The notes beneath the pieces were generated by a model. That model was not told the DNA's origin, did no database searches, and worked only from the letters and a program-made list of their open reading frames with translations. From an uncultured Methanosarcinaceae archaeon (GTDB taxonomy: Archaea; Halobacteriota; Methanosarcinia; Methanosarcinales; Methanosarcinaceae): a stretch of 64,000 bases of DNA. Both the position numbers and the translations under genes were made by a program. Below, piece by piece: positions 1 to 10,620 of this stretch. How positions within the stretch are numbered: the stretch's first letter is position 1; every line of letters begins with the position of its first letter. The stretch is from the NCBI GenBank assembly GCA_963727895.1, contig CAVSHT010000005.1, positions 32,001 to 96,000 of the forward strand, in the 5' to 3' direction.

Positions 1-1416
1 AAGTTTTCATCATTAATATTTTTACTTTTAATGTCAACGTTCATATGCCTAGGGGCTGGTACAGCACTTGGTGCGTCCGTAACTAGTCAAAATTCTACAA
101 TCAGTGCATCAAATGGAAATATAGATTCTTCAGCTGTACAAGTAAATGTAACTAATCAAAACCCCGACAATGCCAGACCTGGAGAACCTCTTGAACTTAC
201 TCTCAGCGTGCAGGATATCGGAAACACTGATTTGAAAGACGTACAGGTTCAACTCAATCCTGAATATCCATTCAGTAAACTTTCCGGAGAAGATCTTCAA
301 AAGAGTATTTCTTATCTTAATGCAAGGCAGGAAGATGATGATACTGGGGTTTTGAAGTTCAAACTTATGACAGATGCCAACGCTTCAGAAGGAACTTATA
401 ATCTTGATATCGTCACTACTTATAAGAGTGGATCAGGGTCTGATGAACAGACTTACACTACTACAAAAACAGTCCAGGTTCAAGTTCAGGGTAAAGAATA
501 CGCTCAGGTTGTGACTGTAAGCAAGGCTGATATTGATATAGCAAAGGAAGAACCTTTGGAATTTATTGTTACAAATACAGGTGCTTCTGCTTTGAAAAAT
601 CTGGTTTTCTCCTGGAATGATCCTAAAGGCGTTGTTTTGCCTGTATATTCAGATAACACAAAATATATCAAGTATCTGGCTGCAGGTCAATCTGTAAAAG
701 TCGATTATACCGTAATGGCAGACGTAAGTGCTGATCCAGGTCTCTACACTTTGGATGTTAACCTTTCGTATGAAGATTCTGATTCCAGCGCAAAAAGTAT
801 CCAGACTACAGCAGGACTTTTTGTAGGGGGAGCAACGGATTTTGATGTTTCTTTCTCCGAAAGTAGTTCCAGTGAGACTTCTTTTTCAGTTGCAAATGTG
901 GGTAATAACATAGCATATGCTGTGAAGGTTTCTATTCCAGATCAAGATGGATACAAAGTGTCAGGAAGTTCGTCAACAATTGTAGGAAATCTGGAGAAAG
1001 GAGATTACACAATTGCTTCATTTGATGTTTCAAGTAATCAGGGTAGTGCAGGAGGAAACACAAGTGGAAATGGTGCAGGAACACCTCCAGGTCAAGCTGG
1101 TTCTAATGGCGCAAGCTCAAATTCTCTGAATTCCTCTAACCCTCTGAAGGTCCAGATTGAGTATACGGATGCAAAAGGGGAAAGAGAGACCGTTACTAAA
1201 GAGGTTAACCTCGACGGAAGCACAACATCCGGAAATATGACTGCATCAGGAGGAGGACCAGGTAGCCGTGGTGGAATCAGCTCGTATCTACCATATATCT
1301 TGTTGCTTGTCCTTGCAGGTGGAGTCTTTGTCTATCGCAAGAAAATACATGAAAAGATTCAGGCAATGAAAGAGAAAAAATCTGGAAATAAAAATCTGGA
1401 AGCTCCGAAGATCTAA
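1..1416 (+). CDS. COG1361-type S-layer domain protein, 5'-partial
   Basis: Frame is open from base 1 (KFSSLIFLLLMSTF..., a signal-peptide-like stretch). Ig-like repeats (NPDNARPGE, VTNTG, VANVGNN), Gly/Ser linker and C-terminal TM helix with basic tail. Sits upstream of an ABC permease, the usual context. Confidence 0.8.
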   Translation, partial: KFSSLIFLLLMSTFICLGAGTALGASVTSQNSTISASNGNIDSSAVQVNVTNQNPDNARPGEPLELTLSVQDIGNTDLKDVQVQLNPEYPFSKLSGEDLQKSISYLNARQEDDDTGVLKFKLMTDANASEGTYNLDIVTTYKSGSGSDEQTYTTTKTVQVQVQGKEYAQVVTVSKADIDIAKEEPLEFIVTNTGASALKNLVFSWNDPKGVVLPVYSDNTKYIKYLAAGQSVKVDYTVMADVSADPGLYTLDVNLSYEDSDSSAKSIQTTAGLFVGGATDFDVSFSESSSSETSFSVANVGNNIAYAVKVSIPDQDGYKVSGSSSTIVGNLEKGDYTIASFDVSSNQGSAGGNTSGNGAGTPPGQAGSNGASSNSLNSSNPLKVQIEYTDAKGERETVTKEVNLDGSTTSGNMTASGGGPGSRGGISSYLPYILLLVLAGGVFVYRKKIHEKIQAMKEKKSGNKNLEAPKI

Positions 1417-1514
1417 AAGAGTAGTCACTAGTGAGCGGAAGGATGTGAGATGAATAAATTAAACCAAGCCTTTTTTGAAATGGCTTGAGCGAAAAAGTAC
1501 CGGAAGAATTCAAA

Positions 1515-2750
1515 ATGAGACAATCAACTTACCTGAAAATGGGTCTGAACATGCTTGTGCACAGTAAACTGCGAAGCTGGCTGACCATTATCGGGATAGT
1601 TATAGGAATCGGATCTGTAGTTGGCATCCTCTCCCTCGGGGATGCCATGCAAGAACAAGTTCAAAGTAGACTTTCCGAGATGGATCTGACAAAAATAACC
1701 ATAACTCCAGGGTATACAAAAGCGTCGTCCAATATGCCAGGTCCAGGAGGTGGAGGAGGTGGTACGACAACAGATGTTGAATTAACAGATGAGGACATTA
1801 CGGCACTTAAAGGATTGAATAATATAACATATATGGAAGGAGAAATAACTGGTAGTGAACCAGTTATTTATGCAGCACAAAATGCAACCCTTTCAATTAC
1901 AGGCGTAGATCCACAGGTCTGGCAATATATGACCACCCTAAAAACACAATCTGGAAGATTACTTGAGCCTTCTGATATGAATGTAGCAGTCATTGGAAGT
2001 AGCGTTGCAAGTGGGACTTATGACCAGGATATAGGGGTTAACCAAGTAATAACTATAAATGGCAAAGCAGTTCGTGTTGTTGGAATCCTCGAAGAAGAAG
2101 GTAGTGGTGACAGAGCCATTTACATGCCAATCGATACAGCAGTGAGTCTAATCAATGGTTCCGAAGCTGGTGTTTATGACACTATTTCTGTAAAAGCTAA
2201 GAGTGAAGACATAGTAGACAACTTGACAGAAGATATCGTGGATAAGCTCATGATCTCGAGGCACATTGTCAATGATGAGGATAGAGACTTTTCAGTTTCA
2301 GCTTCTAAATCTATGGCTGAGTCTGTCACTGAAATGACGAGTTCAATGACTCTCTTCCTTAGTGCTATTGCAGCTGTTTCATTGCTTGTGGGAGCTGTCG
2401 GTATTGCCAATACCATGTTTACTTCTGTCCTTGAAAAGACAAAGGAAATAGGGACTATGAAAGCCATAGGTGCTAAAAACAGGGATATACTCATGATTTT
2501 CCTTTTCAATTCTGCAATGGTTGGTCTTGTTGGTGGTGTCCTTGGAGATATATTGGGAGCTTTTGTTTCAACTCTCTTCCCCATGCTGGGTTTGCGAATG
2601 ATGGGAGGGGGGAGTTCAAGCATATACTTTGCTCCTGATCTAATGGCTTATGGGCTTATTCTAGCCATAATGATTGGAGTACTCTCAGGAGTTGTCCCTG
2701 CTTATAGGGCTTCGAAATTAAAGCCTGTAGATGCCTTGAGGTATGAATAA
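1515..2750 (+). CDS. MacB/FtsX-family ABC transporter permease
   Basis: KLRSWLTIIGIVIGIGSVV first TM; GIANTMFTSVLEKTKEIGTMKAIGA; PAYRASKLKPVDALRYE C-terminus. ATG at 1515 preferred over TTG at 1485. Confidence 0.92.
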   Translation: MRQSTYLKMGLNMLVHSKLRSWLTIIGIVIGIGSVVGILSLGDAMQEQVQSRLSEMDLTKITITPGYTKASSNMPGPGGGGGGTTTDVELTDEDITALKGLNNITYMEGEITGSEPVIYAAQNATLSITGVDPQVWQYMTTLKTQSGRLLEPSDMNVAVIGSSVASGTYDQDIGVNQVITINGKAVRVVGILEEEGSGDRAIYMPIDTAVSLINGSEAGVYDTISVKAKSEDIVDNLTEDIVDKLMISRHIVNDEDRDFSVSASKSMAESVTEMTSSMTLFLSAIAAVSLLVGAVGIANTMFTSVLEKTKEIGTMKAIGAKNRDILMIFLFNSAMVGLVGGVLGDILGAFVSTLFPMLGLRMMGGGSSSIYFAPDLMAYGLILAIMIGVLSGVVPAYRASKLKPVDALRYE

Positions 2751-2780
2751 CATGAAAGTCCTATAAAAGTTAACAAGAAA

Positions 2781-2846
2781 TTGAAAGGAAACATTATAAA
2801 TTGAGAATGTAAATTGAGAATGTAAATTGAGAATGTTCTCTTTCAA
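2781..2846 (+). terminator. Imperfect inverted repeat enclosing a 13-bp x3 tandem repeat; probable terminator
   Basis: Arms TTGAAAGGAAACATT (2781-2795) and AATGTTCTCTTTCAA (2832-2846). AAATTGAGAATGT occurs three times at 2798-2836. T-rich sequence follows. Confidence 0.5.
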
Positions 2847-3406
2847 TATTTATTTTTAAAGCAGTTATATTTTTGTGAAACCATGATTTTTTTATTAAAT
2901 CTGGATCCATTTTCTTTTTCTTTCTTTTTTGTTATTTTTGTTCTTGCTATCTCTACATTCTCGATTTCTGCCGTTTCACTCAACTGAATTTTAACAGCAC
3001 TTATATTCAAAATTTTCAACAAGCTTTTCTTTATCCATTAGTGATGAAATAACTCTTAACAGAATTAATGTAATTATTTTATTTTTTAATAAGATATTGT
3101 AAAAAAGATATTTAAGTTAAAAACAAAATCAATTCCATATTTCTTTCTTAAAAATATAACTGATTTTCAGAGCAAATCTAGCTATTTTCTTCCCATCTCT
3201 TTTAACGTTTTAAAAAGTAAAATTCTTTCGTAAAACTTGATCATATATACATCTTTCGAAAACGAAATTATAATATTAACTGTATCATATAAAATTATAT
3301 GTTTCTTCTTTTTTATGCCTAATAATATTACAAATTGGGCATAAATGTATATATTACTTATAAAAAATTGTTTAATAAACTAATATTAGTTTACAGGGGT
3401 TTTAGG

Positions 3407-4108
3407 TTGATTTACAAGAAATTATCCTTTGAAATGTATGATGACTTCCATAAAATGTTTGCTGGATCGGACGAAAATACTTTTGAAATATGCAAGGAAT
3501 GCGGAGGGACCTGCGAGCACAATAAAATAGGCACTTTGCTACCTGGAGAAGAGGAGTACATGGCAGCAAAAATGGGTATAAGTGTTTCCAATTTTAAAAT
3601 CCGCTACCTAGACTTTCTTAAAATGGATGATGGGACTCTTATACAGGTATTAAAATTAGGGAAGATATGCCCATTTTTAAACGAAGACGGAGTATGTGAG
3701 TGCCGGGACTTCAAGCCAATATTCTGCAAAATCTATCCTGTAATTTTTACGGTTGAAAATGAAAAAATAAATTTTAAAATAGATAACTGGTGTAGATTAT
3801 CTATGAAAAAGATATACAGGTTTTATTTTGAAGCAGTTATACCGCTTTTATCAAGCCTTGAAGTTCCAGTAGAATGGTTAAAGCATGTAACTAGCTACGA
3901 CAGTCTTTGCTTTGACTATGAGCAACTGGAAAGGCACAGGAGTGGAAAAAATAAATATGCAGCTTTTTCACTGGAGGAGTTACTAAGTTTGCAGAAAGTC
4001 GAAGTAGAAACTACCGGTCTCTGTATCGAGTTCAGTCAAAATATCAGAAAGCCAGTTTTTTTTAGTTTGGCCACTAATGATAAACTCCTAAAGCCGACAG
4101 AGGTCTGA
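3407..4108 (+). CDS. YkgJ-family cysteine-cluster (putative Fe-S/Zn) protein
   Basis: CKECGGTC, CPFLNEDGVCEC and KPIFCKIYP motifs. Start uncertain: TTG 3335, TTG 3407 or ATG 3434. Confidence 0.75.
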   Translation: MIYKKLSFEMYDDFHKMFAGSDENTFEICKECGGTCEHNKIGTLLPGEEEYMAAKMGISVSNFKIRYLDFLKMDDGTLIQVLKLGKICPFLNEDGVCECRDFKPIFCKIYPVIFTVENEKINFKIDNWCRLSMKKIYRFYFEAVIPLLSSLEVPVEWLKHVTSYDSLCFDYEQLERHRSGKNKYAAFSLEELLSLQKVEVETTGLCIEFSQNIRKPVFFSLATNDKLLKPTEV

Positions 4109-4197
4109 ATTAACTTGCTTGTAAAAAATAAAATTTGTCCTTTTTAACTTCTTTGTTAGAAAAAAGTAAATAATTAGCTTTAAGTCAGGTAATTTAT

Positions 4198-6366
4198 CTA
4201 ACAAGAAGTTTCATTATCTATTTTATCATTTTTTATTGGAATTACGAAAGCAAAGGTGCTTCCTTCTCCCATATTGCTCCTGAACCAGACATATCCACTA
4301 TGCAAATGAACAATCTGCTTAACCAGTGAAAGACCTAACCCGGTTCCCTGGTATTGTTTGGACAAAAAGGAGTCGACCTGGCTGAAGGGCTTGAAAATTT
4401 TGCTCTGGTCCTCAGGTCTGATACCAATTCCCGTATCTTTCACTGTTATTTCAACCATATCTCCTTTCTTTCTTGCTCCGATTTTTACAAGTCCATTTTC
4501 ATAGGAGAATTTTATGGCATTATCTACAAGGTTGTACATTATCTGAGCAAATCTTGCTTCGTCAGCACAGATACATCCAATGTCGTCATCGACATCAATT
4601 TCAATTTGAATATTTTTCCGCTCAGCTATAGGTGAAAGGAGATTTTTTATTATGTTAAGCTTGCTGGCAAGCTCGAATTGTTTATAACTTAGTTCCAGCT
4701 TTCCAGCTTCTATTTTAGAGAGGTCCAGGATACCATTTATCAGATCCAAAAGGTTTTTTCCACTCTTTGAAATGTTTCCTACGGATTTTAGCTGTCTTTC
4801 GTTTAATTCACCATATACTTTTTCATACAAAAGATCCGAAAATCCTATTATAGAGTTAAGCGGAGTCCTCAGTTCATGACTCATATTTGCCAGAAATTCG
4901 CTCTTTGTACGGTTTGATGCTTCTGCAATTTGCTTTTCCTGAAGAAGTGTTTCTGCAGCTTTTCTTTCTGTAATATCTCTACATGTTTCGAGGATTCCTA
5001 TAATCTTTCTGTCCTCTCCAGTTACAGGAATTGCCTGAACAAGCCAGACTCTACCATCTTTAGAAGTAAATTCTCCTGATTTTTTATTGCCTGCTATGAA
5101 TATCTGTTCAAGTTCTAGGGAATTGGATAGTGGACTACTTATTTCAGGAGTATTTTTAAGGCTTGTACCCACTGCTTTTTGAAGATCCATCTCCATAAAT
5201 TCAAGGGCAGCCTTATTTGCCCAGATAATGTTATATTGAGGGTTCACGAAAATAACCAGTTCATTCAGGGAATCAAGCAGAACTTTTTTTTCTCTTTCCT
5301 GAGTCGTTAGTTCTTGCTCTACAAGATAAATTTCATTTAACATTCCATTTATTTCTTTTGAAAGGCGATAAAGTTCATCGTTGTTTTTAAGACACAATCT
5401 CCTGGAGAGATCCTTTTCTGATCGAATTCGGGTAACAAAATTATCAATTTCTATCAACCTGGAAACAAATAGCTTGTCAAGAGCGAATTTAACTCCAACC
5501 ATAGTCATAAGACCAGTTAGTAAAAGGAAAAGGTACATGTTATTTAGAGTTCTTTCACCACGTGAGTAAAGTTCTCTTGGGAAATCTGCTCTTATAATTA
5601 GAGCAGGCTTGCCTGAAATATCAGGTAATTCAAAATAGCCAGCAACCCTTTTTTCGTTAAGGGGTTTAATAATAGTTTGGTTTGGGTTTTCTGAAAAATT
5701 TTTTAGCTTGGTCTGAAAATCCGAAGGTAGATTTTCATTAACAGTATACATCAAAAGTGAAGAACAGGTATTTTCTTTGAAGGAATAAAGGAGGTTACTG
5801 TCAAAGTACTTTCCAAAAATCAAAGTGCCTTTTACAGGACCAGTATAATTTGACGTAAGAATAGGATGGCATGAAATAAACATGGGTTTTCCATCTATTA
5901 GGATAAAACCATTGATTTTCTCATTTTGCGTTCTCGTAAGAATTGTTTTGTCATTCACCAATTTAATAAGATCTTCAGGGATCGGTTCTTCTTTTTCGGT
6001 GTTGATGTCTACCACTTTTGAATAAACAATAGACCCAGAATTATTTATAAAAAGCACTACATTAATTTTAAGCTTAGCAAAAGTCATGTTCTGAGCGTTT
6101 TCATCTATAAACTTCTGGTTTCTATCATCAATAAATCTATAGGTATCATCCCAGGAGGCCCAATCCTGTGCTATGTAATCAAGATACCCCTGTTCGGTTG
6201 AAATGGCATTCTGTACTCTTTCGACATTATTCCGTGTATCATTCTCTTCAAGTCTTAAAAAGGTAGAAAGTTGCATAGTATGGGTAAGCGTAAATGCAGC
6301 CGTAAGAACACCAAAAATTAAAAGGGTTACTAAAAGAACCTTTTTACTAATGTCTATTCTTAACAC
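4198..6366 (-). CDS. Membrane sensor histidine kinase (CHASE4-HAMP-PAS-HisKA-HATPase)
   Basis: DWASWDDTY (CHASE4), DELYRL (HAMP), WANKAA...RDITERK (PAS/PAC), FLANMSHELRTPLN H-box, NLVDNAIKF, DTGIGI and GTGLGL. Confidence 0.93.
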   Translation of the reverse strand: MLRIDISKKVLLVTLLIFGVLTAAFTLTHTMQLSTFLRLEENDTRNNVERVQNAISTEQGYLDYIAQDWASWDDTYRFIDDRNQKFIDENAQNMTFAKLKINVVLFINNSGSIVYSKVVDINTEKEEPIPEDLIKLVNDKTILTRTQNEKINGFILIDGKPMFISCHPILTSNYTGPVKGTLIFGKYFDSNLLYSFKENTCSSLLMYTVNENLPSDFQTKLKNFSENPNQTIIKPLNEKRVAGYFELPDISGKPALIIRADFPRELYSRGERTLNNMYLFLLLTGLMTMVGVKFALDKLFVSRLIEIDNFVTRIRSEKDLSRRLCLKNNDELYRLSKEINGMLNEIYLVEQELTTQEREKKVLLDSLNELVIFVNPQYNIIWANKAALEFMEMDLQKAVGTSLKNTPEISSPLSNSLELEQIFIAGNKKSGEFTSKDGRVWLVQAIPVTGEDRKIIGILETCRDITERKAAETLLQEKQIAEASNRTKSEFLANMSHELRTPLNSIIGFSDLLYEKVYGELNERQLKSVGNISKSGKNLLDLINGILDLSKIEAGKLELSYKQFELASKLNIIKNLLSPIAERKNIQIEIDVDDDIGCICADEARFAQIMYNLVDNAIKFSYENGLVKIGARKKGDMVEITVKDTGIGIRPEDQSKIFKPFSQVDSFLSKQYQGTGLGLSLVKQIVHLHSGYVWFRSNMGEGSTFAFVIPIKNDKIDNETSC

Positions 6367-6517
6367 CCCAAAAATTTGCTCGCTAACAAGAGTTGAAAGT
6401 AATATAATATTGATATTAAAAAGATGAAAAAGTATATAAATTTTAGTAAATATTTGGGGAGTTTTAAATCAATTAGAACTTTTTGCACTTTTTATTTTTT
6501 GATTCTATTGAAATTTT

Positions 6518-7264
6518 GGCTTTGATACTTAAACATAGTTATATACTATTAGAAAGTATATTTCTTCATGAACTATCCCAGATGCAATAGTTCCAGTCAC
6601 AAAAAGAACGGTATAGTTGGTGGGCGTCAACGCTACAAATGCCATGATTGTGGATATAACTATACAGTAGAGCTAAAATCAACTGCTTTTTCCGCCTCTG
6701 TAAAAAAACAGGCTTTACAACTTTACCTTGAAGGATTGGGCTTTCGTTCAATAGGAAGAGTTTTAGGGGTGAGTCATGTTTCTGTCCAAAGATGGATAAA
6801 GAAATTTGGTCAAGAGTTAGAGGCTCTAAAAAGCGAAAATGAGATATCTATTGTTGAACTGGATGAGATGCACACTTACATCGGTAACAAAAAAATATTG
6901 CTGGATCTGGATTGCTGTTGATAGAGTTGGGAAAAAGTTCATCAACTGCTCTTTTGATAGCAGAGGAACGGAAACTGGAAAACTACTCTGGGAAAAATTG
7001 AAGAAAAAAGAGATTGGAGAAGTGATGACCGATCACTGGAGAGCATATGCAGAGGTTCTTCCAGAAAAGATCCATACTCAATCAAAAGCAGAAACGTATA
7101 CTGTTGAAGGATATAACAGCATATTAAGGCATTTTCTAGCAAGATTGAGAAGAAAGACAAAGTGTTATACAAAAAGTCTTGAAATGCTAAAGTACTCGGT
7201 TCTTCTATTGATGAAATAAAGAAATAAAGAAATAAAGAATTAAATATGTTTAGTTAACAATACC
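6518..7264 (+). mobile_element. IS1-family element, copy 1 (probably defective)
   Basis: Ends GGCTTTGATACTTAAACATA and ATATGTTTAGTTAACAATACC. Flanks GAAATTTT/AAAATTTT (8 bp, 1 mismatch). insA-like ORF 6568-6921 and insB-like ORF to 7219. A7 run at 6889-6895 and a premature TAA at 7217. Confidence 0.92.
6568..7219 (+). pseudogene. IS1-family transposase, split at A7, TAC>TAA near the C-terminus
   Basis: Zn-ribbon (YPRC...CHDC), HTH, ELDEMHTY and MTDHW DDE motifs. insB lies in the +1 frame here, whereas it is in the -1 frame in the A8 copies. Confidence 0.8.
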
Positions 7265-7728
7265 AAAATTTTTAATGCAATTTCCCCTGTCAACAAATAC
7301 ACTTTCTTTTTCAATGTGTGTCGAGGGATCTATTAGCATTTATTATTTCACCAGATCACTTTTCTAATAAACAAGGATTTTGATCTATAGAAGTATCTTT
7401 AATTGGTACTATATAATACTATTGAAATATTTCGAATTAATCGCCTATTCTTTTTATTGTAAACAATTTCGTTGGAAAAGGCTTTTTATAGAGTTTGTTT
7501 CAAAAAAGTTCGGTAAAAAAGTTTCGCTGGCCATTTTACCAGATTATGGATCTCTTATATTCGGACTTATAAAATTTATCCGAGAGCTTTACCTATATCT
7601 GGATAAAAGGCTTCAATTAACTTATTTTCTCTTTAGAGTCATAAAAATACACAAATTAAACGCTCAGTACATAATTCTAACGCTTAAATATATAAATCTA
7701 TACTGTAACTATATTGATAGTGATTACC

Positions 7729-8133
7729 ATGGTAAAATTAAGTGAAGATATGAAAACAGCTTTTTCAAAAGTAAAGATCTTTCCAGTAGCCACAGCCTCA
7801 AAGGAAGGAGTTCCAAATGTAGTGCCTATAGGGTTCTGCCTGCTTGTAGACGATGAAACAATCTGGATCGCAGACAATTTCATGTCCAAATCTCTGTCAA
7901 ATGTTGAAGAAAACCCAAATGTGGCAATCTATGTATGGGGTCCGGACACTGGTGGTTGCTTCCAGATAAAAGGTAAAACCGAAATAATCAGTTCCGGAGA
8001 AAAATATGAAAAAATGAAAGCAATTGTGAATGCAGCAAAACCCGGACTTCCCGCAAAGAACCTTATAGAAGTAAAGATTAGCGACGTATTCCAATGCGCT
8101 CCTGGTCCCGACGCAGGAAAGAAATTACTCTAA
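7729..8133 (+). CDS. Pyridoxamine 5'-phosphate oxidase-family FMN-binding protein
   Basis: VATASKEGVPNVVP, IADNFMSKSLSNVEENP, FQIKG and PGPDAGKKL motifs. Confidence 0.9.
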   Translation: MVKLSEDMKTAFSKVKIFPVATASKEGVPNVVPIGFCLLVDDETIWIADNFMSKSLSNVEENPNVAIYVWGPDTGGCFQIKGKTEIISSGEKYEKMKAIVNAAKPGLPAKNLIEVKISDVFQCAPGPDAGKKLL

Positions 8134-8230
8134 TCGCTCTGATCGAATAAAATTATAGATCAACATAATATATCCGAATAAGCACCCAAAATATCCGGAT
8201 AAAAAATAAATTATAGGTGGGAGTGTTGAG

Positions 8231-8446
8231 ATGGTTGAAAATAAGGGAAAGCCCCCTGTATTTTGTGAAAAGTTCTGTATAGTCTGCAAGGGTGCAAGAG
8301 AAGGGAACAAAATTTGCAAGACTATCCAGAACATTGAATTGAAAATTTTTGGGAAAAATGGCTGCATTTGGGGAGCAGCAAGAACAAAATATTATGGTGT
8401 TACCCCAGATAAAAAACTCCCAGAACTTTCAATAAAAAATAAATAA
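8231..8446 (+). CDS. Small Cys-containing hypothetical protein
   Basis: 71 aa with CEKFCIVC...C...CIWG. GGGAG RBS upstream and a hairpin downstream. Confidence 0.7.
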   Translation: MVENKGKPPVFCEKFCIVCKGAREGNKICKTIQNIELKIFGKNGCIWGAARTKYYGVTPDKKLPELSIKNK

Positions 8447-8503
8447 TTAACTGATCAAATAATTATAGAATTAAATAAAGAGGAAAATAAAAATTAATAT
8501 AAA

Positions 8504-8576
8504 TAAGTGATGAAGGTAGAATTGAGAATAGATAAATATCTATTCATTCACCTTTACACTTACTCTTTTTTGTTTT
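8504..8576 (+). terminator. Long hairpin plus T-tract terminator
   Basis: GAATAGATA-AA-TATCTATTC (8526-8545), extended by AAGGT/ACCTT and AAGTG/CACTT pairs, then a T-rich run. Confidence 0.55.
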
Positions 8577-8774
8577 TAATAAAAGATTTAATTTAACTAT
8601 TATCCTGTACCCGTGAGCAAAAGAAAAACTTTCTTATTACCTGATGCAATTCTATAACGAAGTTGATTTTTACAGTACAACACTTGTCTAAAACATACAC
8701 GGATAAATCCCAAAAGTAAGACTTTAAGAAACAAGATTCTATAAACAAAGATTTACAAGAAAGGATACTCGACT

Positions 8775-9628
8775 ATGCCTACACTGAGTATTATTGCCTG
8801 TGGGATGCTCGAAGACGAGCTTGTACATGTATTATCAAAAGATAGTGACCTACAGCAGTTAATCGTTGTTGAAAGCCGAGAAAGTTTAGGGCTTCTTCGT
8901 AAGCTCAGATTAAGGAACTGCAATCCAAGAACAACTTTTCTTGATAGAGTACCAATGCTCATTAAAGACCAATCCAACCCGGATTTAAGAAATTCTTCAA
9001 AATATCTCACAGGCTTTCCTTTATTAAAAAATTTTTTCAGGAAAAGGAAATGTAGGGAAAAAATAAGTGTTGTTGTTAATATTTTAAGCCTGGGACTTCA
9101 TGCGAATCTTGAAATTCTGAAAACAGAAGTATATAGGAATATTCGTGAAATGGCTTCCTTTTCAGACAGAATCCTTGTTTTTATGGAACCTGTGGACATG
9201 CCCTTGGAAACCTGAAAGAAGATTTATCAGACCCTCAATGTCAGCTTTTTTTCCTGAAAGACAGAAATGGAGAAATTATAGAAGACTGCATTAGTTTAGC
9301 ACTTGGAGGAAATGAAGCTTATGCAGAAGCTATGACTGAATTTCAGGGTAAAGGAACAATATATTTGACTCCGATGTGGGCTTCTAACTGGAAGAAACTG
9401 GAAAGCGAACATGGAAGCCGTGATTTCAACAAGCATTACCTGAAAAACCCACTATATTGCCTTGCTGCACAAATCGATAGTGGGCTTACTGATAATCCTG
9501 AATTTCATACAAATGTTAAAGATTTTGCCTGCACTTTTGGTATGAAAGTTATAAACCTCAAAGGAAATTTGGAAATTACAGAACATTCATACCTGAATGC
9601 CCGAAACGGTTCAATTGAAAAACAATAA
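8775..9628 (+). pseudogene. DUF1638-like protein with a 1-nt deletion frameshift
   Basis: IIACGMLEDE and LGLHANLEILK, then a T5 run at 9178-9182. Adding one T restores VFYGTCGHA...EDCISLALGG and joins the 9332-9628 ORF (YLTPMWA). Confidence 0.8.
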
Positions 9629-9683
9629 TAACATAAATTTAAAATATTATTAGAAGATAATTTAAATTTATATTATTAATTTC

Positions 9684-9718
9684 GGCATTGTTACTTAAAT
9701 ATATCTAGTTCTTTATTT
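9684..9718 (-). mobile_element. Orphan 35-bp IS1-family right end abutting copy 2
   Basis: GGCATTGTTACTTAAATATATCTAGTTCTTTATTT closely matches the right ends of the copies at 21381 and 35397. Confidence 0.8.
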
Positions 9719-10457
9719 GGTATTGTTAACTAAACATATTTAATTCTTTATTTCTTTATTTCATCAATAGAAGAACCGAGTACTTTAGTATTTCAAGACT
9801 TTTTGTATAACACTTTGTCTTTCTTCTCAATCTTGCTAGAAAATGCCTTAATATGCTGTTATATCCTTCAACAGTATACGTTTCTGCTTTTGATTGAGTA
9901 TGGATCTTTTCTGGAAGAACCTCTGCATATGCTCTCCAGTGATCGGTCATCACTTCTCCAATCTCTTTTTTCTTCAATTTTTCCCAGAGTAGTTTTCCAG
10001 TTTCCGTTCCTCTGCTATCAAAAGAGCAGTTGATGAACTTTTTCCCAACTCTATCAACAGCAATCCAGATCCAGCAATATTTTTTTGTTACCGATGTAAG
10101 TGTGCATCTCATCCAGTTCAACAATAGATATCTCATTTTCGCTTTTTAGAGCCTCTAACTCTTGACCAAATTTCTTTATCCATTTTTGGACAGAAACATG
10201 ACTCACCCCTAAAACTCTTCCTATTGAACGAAAGCCCAATCCTTCAAGGTAAAGTTGTAAAGCCTGTTTTTTTACAGAGGCGGAAAAAGCAGTTGATTTT
10301 AGCTCTACTGTATAGTTATATCCACAATCAGAGCATTTGTACCGTTGACGCCCGCCAACTATACCATTCTTTTTGTGACTGGAACTATTGCATCTGGGGC
10401 AGTTAATAAAGAAATATATGTTATAAGCATATATATCTATTTTTAATTACCAATACC
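9719..10457 (-). mobile_element. IS1-family element, copy 2 (defective, no TSD)
   Basis: Ends GGTATTGTTAACTAAACATAT and TAATTACCAATACC. insB nearly identical to copy 1, with the same A7 run and TAA. ATT replaces the ATG start. Confidence 0.92.
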
Positions 10458-10620
10458 GTAAAATTAATTGTTAAGGATAAGCACTTACATCTATATCTGT
10501 TTTTCCTGTTGATGAATAGTAGTTTCCTATTCCCAAAGGTGTCCCATCCATCATCATTGAACAGACGGATACGTCAGGATTTGTTATTCCTGATTCGTTT
10601 GCCAATGATGGGGATATTAT

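Noticed and set aside
7380..7745. 121-aa ORF upstream of the pyridoxamine-oxidase-family gene
   Set aside because: AT-rich composition (F/I/K/Y/L), no RBS, and it overlaps the promoter and start of the real gene.
6518..10457. Composite transposon formed by inverted IS1 copies 1 and 2
   Set aside because: Outer flanks (GAAATTTT vs GTAAAATT) are not a duplication, and copy 1 has its own near-perfect TSD.
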